A stretch of DNA of 64,000 bases from an uncultured Spirochaetaceae bacterium (GCA_964634205.1 CAZWKE010000004.1:26663-90662); one strand, 5' to 3'. Positions 46,797 through 56,481 are shown, counted from the stretch's first letter. Numbers and translations: made by a program. Notes: generated by a model from the letters alone, not told the origin.

Positions 46797-47192
46797 ATGG
46801 AAAAGAAAATACTAATAATCGACGATGATCCTGATTTTGCCGAGGCAATCATTACATTACTGGAAGCAAACGGTTATTCGGTGGTATACGCGGATAACGG
46901 AAGATCGGGCTTTGAACAGGCAAAAAGCAATCAGCCGGGGCTGATTCTGCTTGATGTCATGATGAGTGAGAAGACCGAAGGGTTTGACATCTCGCGAAAA
47001 CTGGCGGAGGAAAAGATTACTGCCGTAATCCCGGTAGTGCTGGTTACCGGAATCAGGAAGGAAATGAACCTTCCGTATACCCTTGAACCGGATAACGAAT
47101 GGCTGCCGGTAAAGGCGGTAATTGAAAAACCTGTAAAACCTACTGAGCTTTTGCGGGTGGTACAGGAACATATCGTGGTGGGAGAAAAGTAG
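46797..47192 (+). CDS. Stand-alone CheY-like response-regulator receiver protein
   Basis: 131 aa. ILIIDDD, phospho-Asp context LILLDVMM, conserved T (VVLVTG) and K (EKPVKP). No output domain. Confidence 0.85.
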   Translation: MEKKILIIDDDPDFAEAIITLLEANGYSVVYADNGRSGFEQAKSNQPGLILLDVMMSEKTEGFDISRKLAEEKITAVIPVVLVTGIRKEMNLPYTLEPDNEWLPVKAVIEKPVKPTELLRVVQEHIVVGEK

Positions 47193-47223
47193 TGGTGCGA
47201 ACCGTGGACCCGGAAAAGCAGTA

Positions 47224-48852
47224 TTATCCCGATCTTGCGGGATTCTCTTCATCAAGGAGTTCGCGCAGTTGTTCTTTCTCTATGTGGGGGCGGATAATCG
47301 TAAAGTTTTTCATAATGCCGGTAAATGTCTGCATATTCTTAAAGGAATCAAGCAGGTTGCCGCTAAACTCCTGATTTCTGTCCCCACCGATCACTTTAAT
47401 ATTACTGATAAGAAGCGGAGAATGCTGTTTGGCATCGTTTATAATCTCTGCAATGACCCCCTGAAATGAATAAAAGATATTGGTATAATCCTCTATTATT
47501 TTCATTGCCATGTTGTTGATGGTTTCGATTAGTTTATTCAGTGAATAGCCTACGGATTTTCCGCTTTTATAATCAACCAGGTATTTTCTAATTTTACTGA
47601 TACTTACCTCGCCGGGGGTGGTGAGGGTGTGTTCGAATTGAGAAATAGCTTCACGCGTTCCCTGGCATGAATGGAACAGGCGTATAAAACGCTCTTTAAA
47701 CTCCTTCTGCTCAAAAAAACCGTTTATCACTATTTTTTTTATAGTCTCCTGTATCTTTTTTTCAAAATGAAGCACGGTAAAACTCTTTACGATACTGAGG
47801 GGTTTAATATGATTAAAGGAATTGAACGACTCAGTCTGCAGCATTTTTGCCAGTTCATCTTCATATCCGTCGATTTCCAGTAGTTCCTTGCCGCTGAAAA
47901 GCTGATTTAAATCAGACAGGATTTCACGCTCGCTGCATTCACGTGTTACCTTCTCCACATCCATCTGGTAGCGTGATGAGAGCTTGCTTTTATAGACATC
48001 AAGAAATGTTTTATCGGCTTTATCGGTTTTGATGGTAAGGGCGGGATCCGCATTAATGGCCCGCAGTAACGCAAGCACAATATCGGGAGAGAGATAGGTT
48101 TTAAAAATGTTGTCCATAGAGGTTACAAGTTTGTTTATTTTTACCGCATCATTGGAGCTGATTTTCTTTTTCAGTCTTTTCAGCAGGAAGACCAGGTTTT
48201 TTTCTATACCGAGACTGAGGTTCAGATCGGCAAATACAAAATATAAATCCATGAGTTCCTGGTTTGCATGGTGTCCGATGCAGGCTGAAAAATTCGGTTT
48301 GTAACTGTTAGAGATTGTGACGTCCGGGTCAAAAAACATCAGCAGGCGGATAAAGTCATGCCGGCAAAGTGCGACAAACCGTTCCAGGGAACCGAATTCC
48401 GCATCGAAGTTGGCGAACTCGCTGCCGGAAAAGAGTTTCTGAAATTCGATAAACTCTTCATTCAGGATTTCGGTCTCGGTTTTCAGGGAAGCCGAATTAT
48501 ACAGGCGTTCCCTGATTTTATCATAACTGAAGTTTTGTTTTTGTAATTGTGTTTCTTCTTCCAGCCGTACTTCAATCAGGTAATCCTTGTACATTTCGGA
48601 AAGCCTGTCGTTCTCATTTAAGATTGTTTTATAGATCAGTTCCTTAAGGGGACGCAGATACTGTAAAAAGCTGAATAATGTGCGGGCGAACTGGGGCAAC
48701 AACTGCCCGGTAGATTGTTTGTAGAATATAAGTTTGTGCTGTTTGATAAGCTTATAAATTTGTTTTAAATCCCTTTTTCTATTATATTCCCGGCTGTTTC
48801 CCGCCAATAGTAATGAAAAGAACTCTTTAATGCGTTTAAGGATTTTAATCAT
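47224..48852 (-). CDS. Large hypothetical protein (542 aa), no recognisable domains, low GC
   Basis: Long uninterrupted ORF with protein-like composition and no antisense competitor. GC ~38-40% versus ~50-60% in neighbours. Confidence 0.5.
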   Translation of the reverse strand: MIKILKRIKEFFSLLLAGNSREYNRKRDLKQIYKLIKQHKLIFYKQSTGQLLPQFARTLFSFLQYLRPLKELIYKTILNENDRLSEMYKDYLIEVRLEEETQLQKQNFSYDKIRERLYNSASLKTETEILNEEFIEFQKLFSGSEFANFDAEFGSLERFVALCRHDFIRLLMFFDPDVTISNSYKPNFSACIGHHANQELMDLYFVFADLNLSLGIEKNLVFLLKRLKKKISSNDAVKINKLVTSMDNIFKTYLSPDIVLALLRAINADPALTIKTDKADKTFLDVYKSKLSSRYQMDVEKVTRECSEREILSDLNQLFSGKELLEIDGYEDELAKMLQTESFNSFNHIKPLSIVKSFTVLHFEKKIQETIKKIVINGFFEQKEFKERFIRLFHSCQGTREAISQFEHTLTTPGEVSISKIRKYLVDYKSGKSVGYSLNKLIETINNMAMKIIEDYTNIFYSFQGVIAEIINDAKQHSPLLISNIKVIGGDRNQEFSGNLLDSFKNMQTFTGIMKNFTIIRPHIEKEQLRELLDEENPARSG

Positions 48853-48889
48853 GCTGCTGCTTTCATTTTAACTCTCGCCCGATGATAAT

Positions 48890-49942
48890 TCAAATGTTTC
48901 TTACCGGCCCGGACTGTTCGCCAAGGCTCTCCAGGTATGCCGTGATATATCTCCGGTAGCGGGTCATGGTTTCCGCTTTGTTGCAGGCTTCGCGCAGGGG
49001 CTTCGCGTTTTTCATTCCCTTGGTGTAAGCCGCGAGCTGTTTTCTCATTTCCCGACAGGCCGTCTGTTCCCCCTTGATGCGGGCAAGGTGTTCCAGCTGC
49101 ATCAGGAAGACCTCAAGCTTTTGTGCGGGAGAAATCGTAAACTCTTCTCCCGGATGGGTGATGCAGTGTTTGGTGCGGGCAAAAATAAAGGGATTGCCGA
49201 TTGCCCCGCGCGCGAACATCACTCCATCGCAGCTTGTCTCACTCAGCATGCGCAGGGCATCATCCGCGGAGAAAAGATCTCCCGAACCGATGACCGGGAG
49301 CGGACATTCAGCCTTCAATTTTTTTATCTGTTCCCAGTCGGCATTGCCGAAAAACCGCCCCGCCCGCGTGCGTGGATGCAGGGTAATCAGAGAGGCGCCA
49401 GCGTCCCCGGCCACAGCGGCGATTTCCAAAAAGTTGATTGAGGATTCGTCCCAACCCGATCGAATTTTCAGGGTGACGGGGATCGGTGCCGCCTGAACCA
49501 GGGCCTTGATGATATCATGGATTTTTTGCGGATGTTGCAGCAGCATGGCCCCCGAACCGGTTTTTAACACTTTAGGCACGGAGCAGCCGCAGTTGATGTC
49601 AATCAGGGTCGGACCGAAGGTGAGGATGCGGGGGAGTGCCCGCAGGAACGTCTTGTATTCGGGCCCGAAGACCTGAACACCCAACAGAGCTTCGTTTTCC
49701 GCCGGTCTTAAAAGCTCTATGGTTTTTTTGTTGTTCCTGGCCAGCGCTTCCGCTGAAACCATCTCCGTGTAGGTAAAATCCGCCCCGTTCTCAAGGCACA
49801 CGGATCTGAATGCGGCTTCCGAATACCCTGCCAGGGGTGCCAGAAACAGGTTCCCCGGCAGGAGTGTATTGCCGATCGCTATGGGTTTTAATAAGCCCGG
49901 TGAATCCGTTTTCGAGTTTAGATGATCATATTTGATTTTCAT
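48890..49942 (-). CDS. dusB: tRNA-dihydrouridine synthase (DusB-like)
   Basis: 350 aa. TIM-barrel Dus signatures (LAPLAGYSE, INCGCSVPKV with the catalytic Cys, and a flavin-binding lysine context). Confidence 0.85.
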   Translation of the reverse strand: MKIKYDHLNSKTDSPGLLKPIAIGNTLLPGNLFLAPLAGYSEAAFRSVCLENGADFTYTEMVSAEALARNNKKTIELLRPAENEALLGVQVFGPEYKTFLRALPRILTFGPTLIDINCGCSVPKVLKTGSGAMLLQHPQKIHDIIKALVQAAPIPVTLKIRSGWDESSINFLEIAAVAGDAGASLITLHPRTRAGRFFGNADWEQIKKLKAECPLPVIGSGDLFSADDALRMLSETSCDGVMFARGAIGNPFIFARTKHCITHPGEEFTISPAQKLEVFLMQLEHLARIKGEQTACREMRKQLAAYTKGMKNAKPLREACNKAETMTRYRRYITAYLESLGEQSGPVRNI

Positions 49943-50708
49943 CTAAGTTAAAGATGCTGAGACTGTTCGCGAGCAGGTTTTGGGTAAGCTCCTCCAATGG
50001 AATATCCCGGATTTCGGCAATGAACTTGGCTGTTTCGATGAGATAAGACGGTTTGTTTCGTTTGCCCCGATACAGTGCGGGTACCATGAAGGGTGCCTCG
50101 GATTCAATCAGAATTCTATCAATAGGAATACGTTTGGCGGTGTCGTGCAGATTTTTGGCGTTGCGGTACGTTACATTTCCCGCAAAGGAAACATAGAGGT
50201 TGAGTTCCAAAGCCTTTTCCGCATATTCGTAATCTTCCGAATAACAATGGAGGATGCCGCCTTTGGACGGCAGTTTCTCTCGTAATATATTCAGCACATC
50301 TTCGCCGGCTTCCCTGTTATGAATAACTACCGGGAGATCAAGCCTGTCGGCAAGTTCCAACTGCCTGATAAACAGCTCAATCTGTGAGTCTTTATCTCCG
50401 AATTTTCTGTAATAGTCCAGACCTATTTCACCAATGGCCAACACCCGCTTCAGTTTTGCTCCCTGCCTGATTTGTTCCTCCCAATCATAACCGGGGTTGG
50501 CAACCTCCGAAGGTGAGACACCGATGCTGTGGAAAATGTGCGTCTCTGTTTTCAGATTTTCATAGATCTGAAAAAAATCTCTCAGGTTATTCGAGATACT
50601 CACAATACCGACGACATTTTCCTGTTTTGCCTCCTGGACAATAATGAGTTGCTCTATAGGATCTTCATTTATAAGCCCAATATGGGCATGAGTGTCAAAT
50701 AGTTGCAT
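49926..50708 (-). CDS. tatD: TatD-family metal-dependent DNase/hydrolase
   Basis: 260 aa. N-terminal FDTHAHI, internal GEIGLDY, C-terminal ILIESEAP. Overlaps dusB by 17 nt. Confidence 0.9.
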   Translation of the reverse strand: MQLFDTHAHIGLINEDPIEQLIIVQEAKQENVVGIVSISNNLRDFFQIYENLKTETHIFHSIGVSPSEVANPGYDWEEQIRQGAKLKRVLAIGEIGLDYYRKFGDKDSQIELFIRQLELADRLDLPVVIHNREAGEDVLNILREKLPSKGGILHCYSEDYEYAEKALELNLYVSFAGNVTYRNAKNLHDTAKRIPIDRILIESEAPFMVPALYRGKRNKPSYLIETAKFIAEIRDIPLEELTQNLLANSLSIFNLDENQI

Positions 50709-50889
50709 ATTTCTCCATCATTTATTATTGGAAAGTATTTAGTGAATACTTTATTATTGTATACAATACCATGAAAAATGGAAAAGAGTCAACACGGCAG
50801 TTTTAAAATTGTATTACTATTTGACAAATTATATGTTTAATGTTAGTGTTATGAAAAGTTTTAGTTTCCTTTAGAACGAGGTCGGAATA

Positions 50890-51942
50890 GTGTCACCTGT
50901 CAATAATTATAAGAAATTCGAACATGAAGTTGTCGATGCGGTTGAAAAAAAAATGAGGGGAGTCAGCGGCTCGCTTGTCGGACTGGTAAAGCGTATCCAT
51001 CATATGGGGAAACAGCGTTTTACCGTCATGTTTATTCCACATTCCGAAAAGAAGATTTTCAATTTTCAAATCTCCGTGTACTCACTTACCTTTTTTCTGT
51101 TTTTAATCGGTTTGTTGCTTGTTGTTTTCTTTGTGCTTTCCACCCATGTCACCAGTTCCGATAAGCTGATGGCGGAGATGAATAAAAATCTCTCGGGAAA
51201 AGAAAAGGGGTATAACGAGCTTCGTGAGGAAATAAGGACATTTTCCCGGGCCACCCAGAAGTTCTTTCCCTCATTGCAAAAACTGGTGGCGGCAATCAAT
51301 CCTGAAATGGCAAAAATGCTTACCAGTTCCAATGCAGGCGGCGCACGCTCACCATTGTTTCTTTCGGAGGATTATGGTGAACAGGAAGGCGCCAAAGAAA
51401 TACATGAACTAAAACAACTCTCTCTTTTCCTTGAAAATTCGATCGAACCGCTGGAGTCGATCTATTCAAGGATCGCTGAGCAGAACAAGATCTTTGTGGA
51501 TATTCCCACCTTATGGCCGTTAAAAAACTATAGGGGATTCATTACCTTCGGATTCGGACCGCAGATCCATCCGTTCACGTATACGTGGTATATTCACCGC
51601 GGCATTGATATTACCTTTCGGCGGGGATCCGAGATTCAGGCCACCGCATCAGGCAAGGTCATTCGTGCCGATTTTGACCCGGCAGGTTACGGAAAATACG
51701 TGGAGATAAGTCATAAATTCGGATTCAGTACGCTTTATGCGCATATGGACACTGTCTACGTTGAAAAGGGCCAGTGGGTTGAGCGTGGTGATGTCATCGG
51801 AACCCTGGGCGGTACCGGCAGGGTAACGGGTCCGCACGTGCATTACGAGGTAAAGCTGGGAAACCAGAATATCGATCCGAAACTGTTTTTGGATTTGGAG
51901 AATACAACGAAATTTATTTCACAATCAAATAGTTTAAGGTGA
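50890..51942 (+). CDS. M23-family (LytM-type) peptidase with N-terminal membrane anchor and coiled coil
   Basis: GTG start. TM helix, coiled-coil region, M23 catalytic motifs HRGIDI and GPHVHYEV. Confidence 0.85.
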   Translation: MSPVNNYKKFEHEVVDAVEKKMRGVSGSLVGLVKRIHHMGKQRFTVMFIPHSEKKIFNFQISVYSLTFFLFLIGLLLVVFFVLSTHVTSSDKLMAEMNKNLSGKEKGYNELREEIRTFSRATQKFFPSLQKLVAAINPEMAKMLTSSNAGGARSPLFLSEDYGEQEGAKEIHELKQLSLFLENSIEPLESIYSRIAEQNKIFVDIPTLWPLKNYRGFITFGFGPQIHPFTYTWYIHRGIDITFRRGSEIQATASGKVIRADFDPAGYGKYVEISHKFGFSTLYAHMDTVYVEKGQWVERGDVIGTLGGTGRVTGPHVHYEVKLGNQNIDPKLFLDLENTTKFISQSNSLR

Positions 51943-51945
51943 TTG

Positions 51946-52401
51946 ATGAGTGAACAACTAATCCCAAATGAAGTAACCGTCCATTCCATTATCGGGGAGG
52001 GTACCCGCTTTCGCGGGGAATTCGATCTGAAGGGGCTGCTGCGTATTGACGGGGATTTTTCAGGAGTCATCCGTACCCAGGATAAAGTTTTGATCAGCAG
52101 AAACGGCAGGGCGGAATGCAGCATTTACGCCCGTGTGGTGGTTATCGGAGGTTTGGTAAAGGGCGATATCTTTGCGGAAGAGAGGGTGGAAATACTTTCT
52201 ACCGGCGTGGTTATGGGGAATATTGAAACACCGCGCTTGATTGTACAGGATGATGTTATTTTTCATGGGAAATGCAGGGTAATCAAAGTAATAGGAAAAA
52301 AACAGAGTCAACATAACGAACATGAGGATGATGTTACAGCTTCGCCTGTCGCGGAACAGGAACCCCTTTCTGTCGCGGCATCGCATGCCCAGACACATTA
52401 G
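51946..52401 (+). CDS. Bactofilin-family cytoskeletal protein
   Basis: Beta-helical repeat pattern (…FRGEFDLKGLLRIDGDFSGVIRTQDKVLISRNGRAECSIYARVVVIGGLVKGDIFAEERVEILSTGVVMGNIE…) typical of DUF583/bactofilin. Immediately follows the M23 peptidase. Confidence 0.8.
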   Translation: MSEQLIPNEVTVHSIIGEGTRFRGEFDLKGLLRIDGDFSGVIRTQDKVLISRNGRAECSIYARVVVIGGLVKGDIFAEERVEILSTGVVMGNIETPRLIVQDDVIFHGKCRVIKVIGKKQSQHNEHEDDVTASPVAEQEPLSVAASHAQTH

Positions 52402-52418
52402 ATATATGGATCAGGTTT

Positions 52419-52904
52419 ATGGACAAGATTGATTCCCTCGGTGAAACCTTTCCAAGAAAATCACGGAAAAAAAGCAAGACGAAAAGTAAGCAACCGCTGA
52501 AATACCGTAGAATTTTCGAAAGAGTGGAAGCCGGAAACGAATCCTCCTTTTTAGCAGGCGATGAAGGGTATAACGGTCCACACTATGAAAAACTGGAAGA
52601 ACTTTTGGAAGAAATCTACGGTCTGGGCGACCGGTTGAAGGGGCTTCCTACCATGGAAAATATCAAAAACTACAAAAACGCGGTAAAAGAATTTTTAAAG
52701 GTGGTGTCACAGAAAATGGTCGGGGTGGAATCCAGGACCTCCGGCACCCACGTTCTGAAACGAAAACACTTTACATTACTCAAGATAATTGATACAAAGC
52801 TTGAACAACTTACCCTGCATTTTTTAAAGGATCAGGAATCTCAGCTTGATATTTTAAGCAGGGTTGACGAGATAAACGGTCTGTTGATAAATATTTTAAA
52901 ATGA
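52419..52904 (+). CDS. DUF327/YaaR-like protein
   Basis: 161 aa, helical. C-terminal …KRKHFTLLKIIDTKLEQLTLHFLKDQ… resembles the YaaR/DUF327 family. Confidence 0.5.
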   Translation: MDKIDSLGETFPRKSRKKSKTKSKQPLKYRRIFERVEAGNESSFLAGDEGYNGPHYEKLEELLEEIYGLGDRLKGLPTMENIKNYKNAVKEFLKVVSQKMVGVESRTSGTHVLKRKHFTLLKIIDTKLEQLTLHFLKDQESQLDILSRVDEINGLLINILK

Positions 52905-52918
52905 GGAGAGAGGGGACA

Positions 52919-53860
52919 ATGGAAACAACGGGCAAAGAAAACGCGGAAATACAGGAAGAAGATCTGCAAAGCCGCGATACAGCGACCATAACAGAAGAAA
53001 AAAATAAGAACCCGGTGTTTCGGGTTAAGGTAGCCCATTCCAATGAGACCATGCTTTGTGTGAGCGACGGACAGGAATCTTTCCATTGTGGTGATTATGT
53101 GGTTATTCCGACAAAATACGGTAAGGATTTGGGGAGGGTCCAGGGCTGTATGAAGCAAACGGTACAGGAAACAACCGAGGAGATATTTACCATCAGCCGC
53201 CCGGCAAATGACGAGGATTTGACCAGGTATGAAAATCACCAAAAAAACAGTGAAAAAGCCTTCGCGATATGCAAAGAAAAAATTGAACAGCACAATTTAG
53301 AGATGAAACTGGTGTCCGCGCATTATCTGCTGGAAGAGCCGAAGATTCTATTCTTTTTTACCGCGGAAAACCGGGTCGATTTTCGAGAGTTGGTAAAGGA
53401 TCTGGTATCCGTATTCAAGATGCGTATAGAACTCAGGCAGATTGGGGTCCGGGACGAGTCGCGGGTGATCGGGGGAATCGGAATCTGCGGCAGGTATCTT
53501 TGCTGTCATTCAGTCTCCGATAAATTAAATCCGGTTTCCATAAAAATGGCAAAAGAACAAAACATGTCCCTCAACTCATTGAAAATATCCGGGCCGTGCG
53601 GCCGGCTTTTGTGTTGCCTCGGTTATGAGTATGATTTTTATCAGAGTGAAAAGGAGAAACTACCGCACCCCGGTACAAGGTTCACAATTCATAATGAGGA
53701 ATATGTGGTTACCGAGGTGAATATCCTGGCCGGGCAAATCAGGGTATCGAACAGTTCCGGACGGACTCTGCTGTTGGGATTGGATGATTTTTCACTACAC
53801 AAACAGACAAAACGCTGGATTATCAATCAAAACAAACTTGATGTCTTAAACGGTTCATAA
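52919..53860 (+). CDS. PSP1-domain protein (RicT/YaaT-like)
   Basis: Start ATG with a strong RBS (AGGAGAGAGGGG). PSP1 C-terminal signature with paired cysteines (GICGRYLCCHS…GPCGRLLCCLGYEYDFY). Confidence 0.75.
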   Translation: METTGKENAEIQEEDLQSRDTATITEEKNKNPVFRVKVAHSNETMLCVSDGQESFHCGDYVVIPTKYGKDLGRVQGCMKQTVQETTEEIFTISRPANDEDLTRYENHQKNSEKAFAICKEKIEQHNLEMKLVSAHYLLEEPKILFFFTAENRVDFRELVKDLVSVFKMRIELRQIGVRDESRVIGGIGICGRYLCCHSVSDKLNPVSIKMAKEQNMSLNSLKISGPCGRLLCCLGYEYDFYQSEKEKLPHPGTRFTIHNEEYVVTEVNILAGQIRVSNSSGRTLLLGLDDFSLHKQTKRWIINQNKLDVLNGS

Positions 53861-53900
53861 TTATATTGCCATAATCAACCAAAATAATTATTATCTATCT

Positions 53901-54968
53901 ATGATTGTTAAAGGAAAACACTATAAGACGGTATGGCTTGAGGGAACTACCGTCTATATTATTAATCAGCCCCTCCTGCCGCATAAATTTGAAATAATGG
54001 AATGTCCCGATCACCAGCGGACCGCCCGGGCGATTTCAAATATGGTTATCCGCGGGGCGGGGGCCATCGGCTCGGCGGCCGGGTACGGGCTGGCCCAGGC
54101 GGTATTGGAAGCTCCTGAAAATGATTTTGATGCCTACATCGAAACTGCTTTCGCGAACATAAAAAATACCCGCCCCACCGCCCAGAATTTATTTTACAGT
54201 ATCGAAAGAGTGTATCGGAAAGTAAAGGAAGCGGCCGATCCGCAACAGGCCAGAATTGCGGCGGTAAAAGAGGCTGAAGCCATTGCCCTGGAAGATATAA
54301 ATGCCTGTAAGCGAATCGGGGAGATAGGCGCGGAGCTTATTCGCGACGATGCAAAAATACTTACCCACTGCAATGCGGGGTGGCTGGCGTTTACCGATTG
54401 GGGAACCGCCCTCTCACCGATATATGTGGCGAAAAGGGCGAACAAAAAACTGTTTGTCTGGGTGGATGAAACACGTCCCCGTTTCCAGGGTGCCCGGCTG
54501 ACCGCGTGGGAGTTGAAAGAAGAAGGCGTCCCGTTTGCCGTTATTGCCGATAATGCGGCGGGTTTTTACATGCAAAGGGGTGAGGTGGACATGGTAATTG
54601 TGGGAAGCGATCGGATTGCCAAAAACGGTGATGTGGCCAATAAGATCGGCACTTATGAAAAGGCGGTTATGGCCCGGGAGAACAACATCCCCTTTTATGT
54701 GGCCGCACCAACCGCCACCATCGATTGGCACTGCGGTCATGGAGATGATATTCCCATCGAAGAAAGGAGCCAGGACGAGGTAACCTCCATTACCGGGCGG
54801 GATGAGGTAAACAGTCTGCATAGTGTTACCATCATTCCGGAAGGCGCCATCGCCAGAAATCCTGCTTTTGATGTAACTCCGGCAAAATATATTACGGGTA
54901 TCATAACCGAAAGAGGTATTGTAAAACCGCAGGAGCTTGAGAAATTAAAGACGTATGCCGAGGTGTGA
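53901..54968 (+). CDS. mtnA: S-methyl-5-thioribose-1-phosphate isomerase (eIF-2B alpha/beta/delta family)
   Basis: 355 aa. …RGAGAIGSAAGYG…, …HCNAGWLA…, …ARLTAWEL… and …VIVGSDRIAKNGDVANKIGTY… match the MtnA/eIF2B family. Confidence 0.75.
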   Translation: MIVKGKHYKTVWLEGTTVYIINQPLLPHKFEIMECPDHQRTARAISNMVIRGAGAIGSAAGYGLAQAVLEAPENDFDAYIETAFANIKNTRPTAQNLFYSIERVYRKVKEAADPQQARIAAVKEAEAIALEDINACKRIGEIGAELIRDDAKILTHCNAGWLAFTDWGTALSPIYVAKRANKKLFVWVDETRPRFQGARLTAWELKEEGVPFAVIADNAAGFYMQRGEVDMVIVGSDRIAKNGDVANKIGTYEKAVMARENNIPFYVAAPTATIDWHCGHGDDIPIEERSQDEVTSITGRDEVNSLHSVTIIPEGAIARNPAFDVTPAKYITGIITERGIVKPQELEKLKTYAEV

Positions 54969-55048
54969 TTTTCTTCACGGATAGACAACCTCCGAACCGC
55001 CATCGGGAAGTGAGTGCGGCGTTTAAATTTTTTGTTTGATTTGGATAT

Positions 55049-55450
55049 ATGAGACTGTCGTCAAAATGTGAATATGCATGTCTTGCGTTATTATATCTCT
55101 CCGAAAACTTCGGAAGCGGTGTGTCAAAAATAAGCGACATCGCCGAGAGTAAATCAATTCCCAGGAAATTTTTAGAGCAAATCCTGATTATCCTTAAACA
55201 AAGCGGTTACGTAAAAAGTAAAAAGGGTGCGTTGGGCGGGTACAAGCTTGCCAAAACCCCGGAAGAGATAAACCTTGCCGAGATTATCCGGCTGATGGAC
55301 GGTGCCCTGGCGCCTGTTGATTCGGTAAGTACGTATTTTTATGAACCTACTCCTATTGAACAGGAAAAAAAATTATTAAGCGTGTTTAAAAAAATCCGGG
55401 ATTATGTGTCGGATACATTGGAACATATACATTTTTCCGATCTGATTTAA
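55049..55450 (+). CDS. Rrf2-family transcriptional regulator
   Basis: 133 aa. N-terminal MRLSSKCEYACLALLYL plus a winged HTH. Lacks the 3-Cys Fe-S cluster ligands of IscR/NsrR. Confidence 0.8.
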   Translation: MRLSSKCEYACLALLYLSENFGSGVSKISDIAESKSIPRKFLEQILIILKQSGYVKSKKGALGGYKLAKTPEEINLAEIIRLMDGALAPVDSVSTYFYEPTPIEQEKKLLSVFKKIRDYVSDTLEHIHFSDLI

Positions 55451-55524
55451 AAGGTATATTTTTTCTTGTAATATCTACTAAATTGATATATATTATCGAA
55501 AAAATAGGCATAAGGAGAAGAATA

Positions 55525-56481
55525 ATGAAAATCCTTTACAGAGTATATGTGATTATATGCCTTGCGATTATTATCGCCGGCTGCAGCGGGAACCGGGATA
55601 CCGCGGAATCAGGACAGACCGGTACCATTACGATTTCCGGCGCCTGGGCCTTGTACCCCCTGGCGGTAAAATGGGCGGAAGAGTATATGAAGATTAATCC
55701 CGGTATTCGGCTGGAGGTAAGTGCCGGCGGGGCGGGGAAGGGCATGTCGGACGTGCTGGCAAATATGGTTGATATCGGAATGATTTCCCGGGAAATTAAC
55801 CAGGCTGAAATAGCCAAAGGTGTATGGTGGATACCGGTTGCCAAGGACGCGGTGGTGGTCACAATCAATGCGGAAAATCCGTATCTCGCTGAGCTCCTAA
55901 GCGGGGGGATGACCCGCGAATTATTGCGGGAGATCTGGATTAAAAACAGCATGCCGACATGGGAGTTTCTCTTGCACAAACAAGGCAATTCACCCCTGCA
56001 TGTGTATACCCGTTCCGACGCCTGCGGAGCGGCCCAGACCTGGGCCGCATATATGGGAGGAAAGCAGGAGGACCTGGCCGGTGTCGGTGTCTACGGTGAT
56101 CCCGGATTGGCCGAGGCCGTAAAGCAGGACAGGTTCGGTATCGGGTTCAATAATATTAATTATGCCTATGATCCGGCCGGCGGAACCGTTATCCGGGGGC
56201 TGGCTGTTTTGCCTTTGGATCTTGATAATAACGGTCGCATAGAACAAGCCGAGGATTTTTATTCATTAAAAACCACGCTGCTTGGGGCGATACGTCGCGG
56301 TGATTATCCGTCACCGCCCGCCCGTGAGTTATATTTCTCCAGTAACGGTAAACCGGCAAAACCGCCGGTTATCGCCTTTATTCGCTGGATATTAACCGAA
56401 GGGCAACGGTATATCCCTGAAGCAGGGTATATTCCTGTGTCCCCGTCCGGACTCAAACAGGCGCTTTCAACATTGGAATGA
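55525..56481 (+). CDS. pstS: Phosphate ABC transporter substrate-binding lipoprotein
   Basis: Start MKILYRVYVIICLAIIIAGC (lipobox) with an AGGAGAAG RBS. PBP superfamily PstS signature ISGAWALYPL…EVSAGGAGKG. Confidence 0.85.
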   Translation: MKILYRVYVIICLAIIIAGCSGNRDTAESGQTGTITISGAWALYPLAVKWAEEYMKINPGIRLEVSAGGAGKGMSDVLANMVDIGMISREINQAEIAKGVWWIPVAKDAVVVTINAENPYLAELLSGGMTRELLREIWIKNSMPTWEFLLHKQGNSPLHVYTRSDACGAAQTWAAYMGGKQEDLAGVGVYGDPGLAEAVKQDRFGIGFNNINYAYDPAGGTVIRGLAVLPLDLDNNGRIEQAEDFYSLKTTLLGAIRRGDYPSPPARELYFSSNGKPAKPPVIAFIRWILTEGQRYIPEAGYIPVSPSGLKQALSTLE

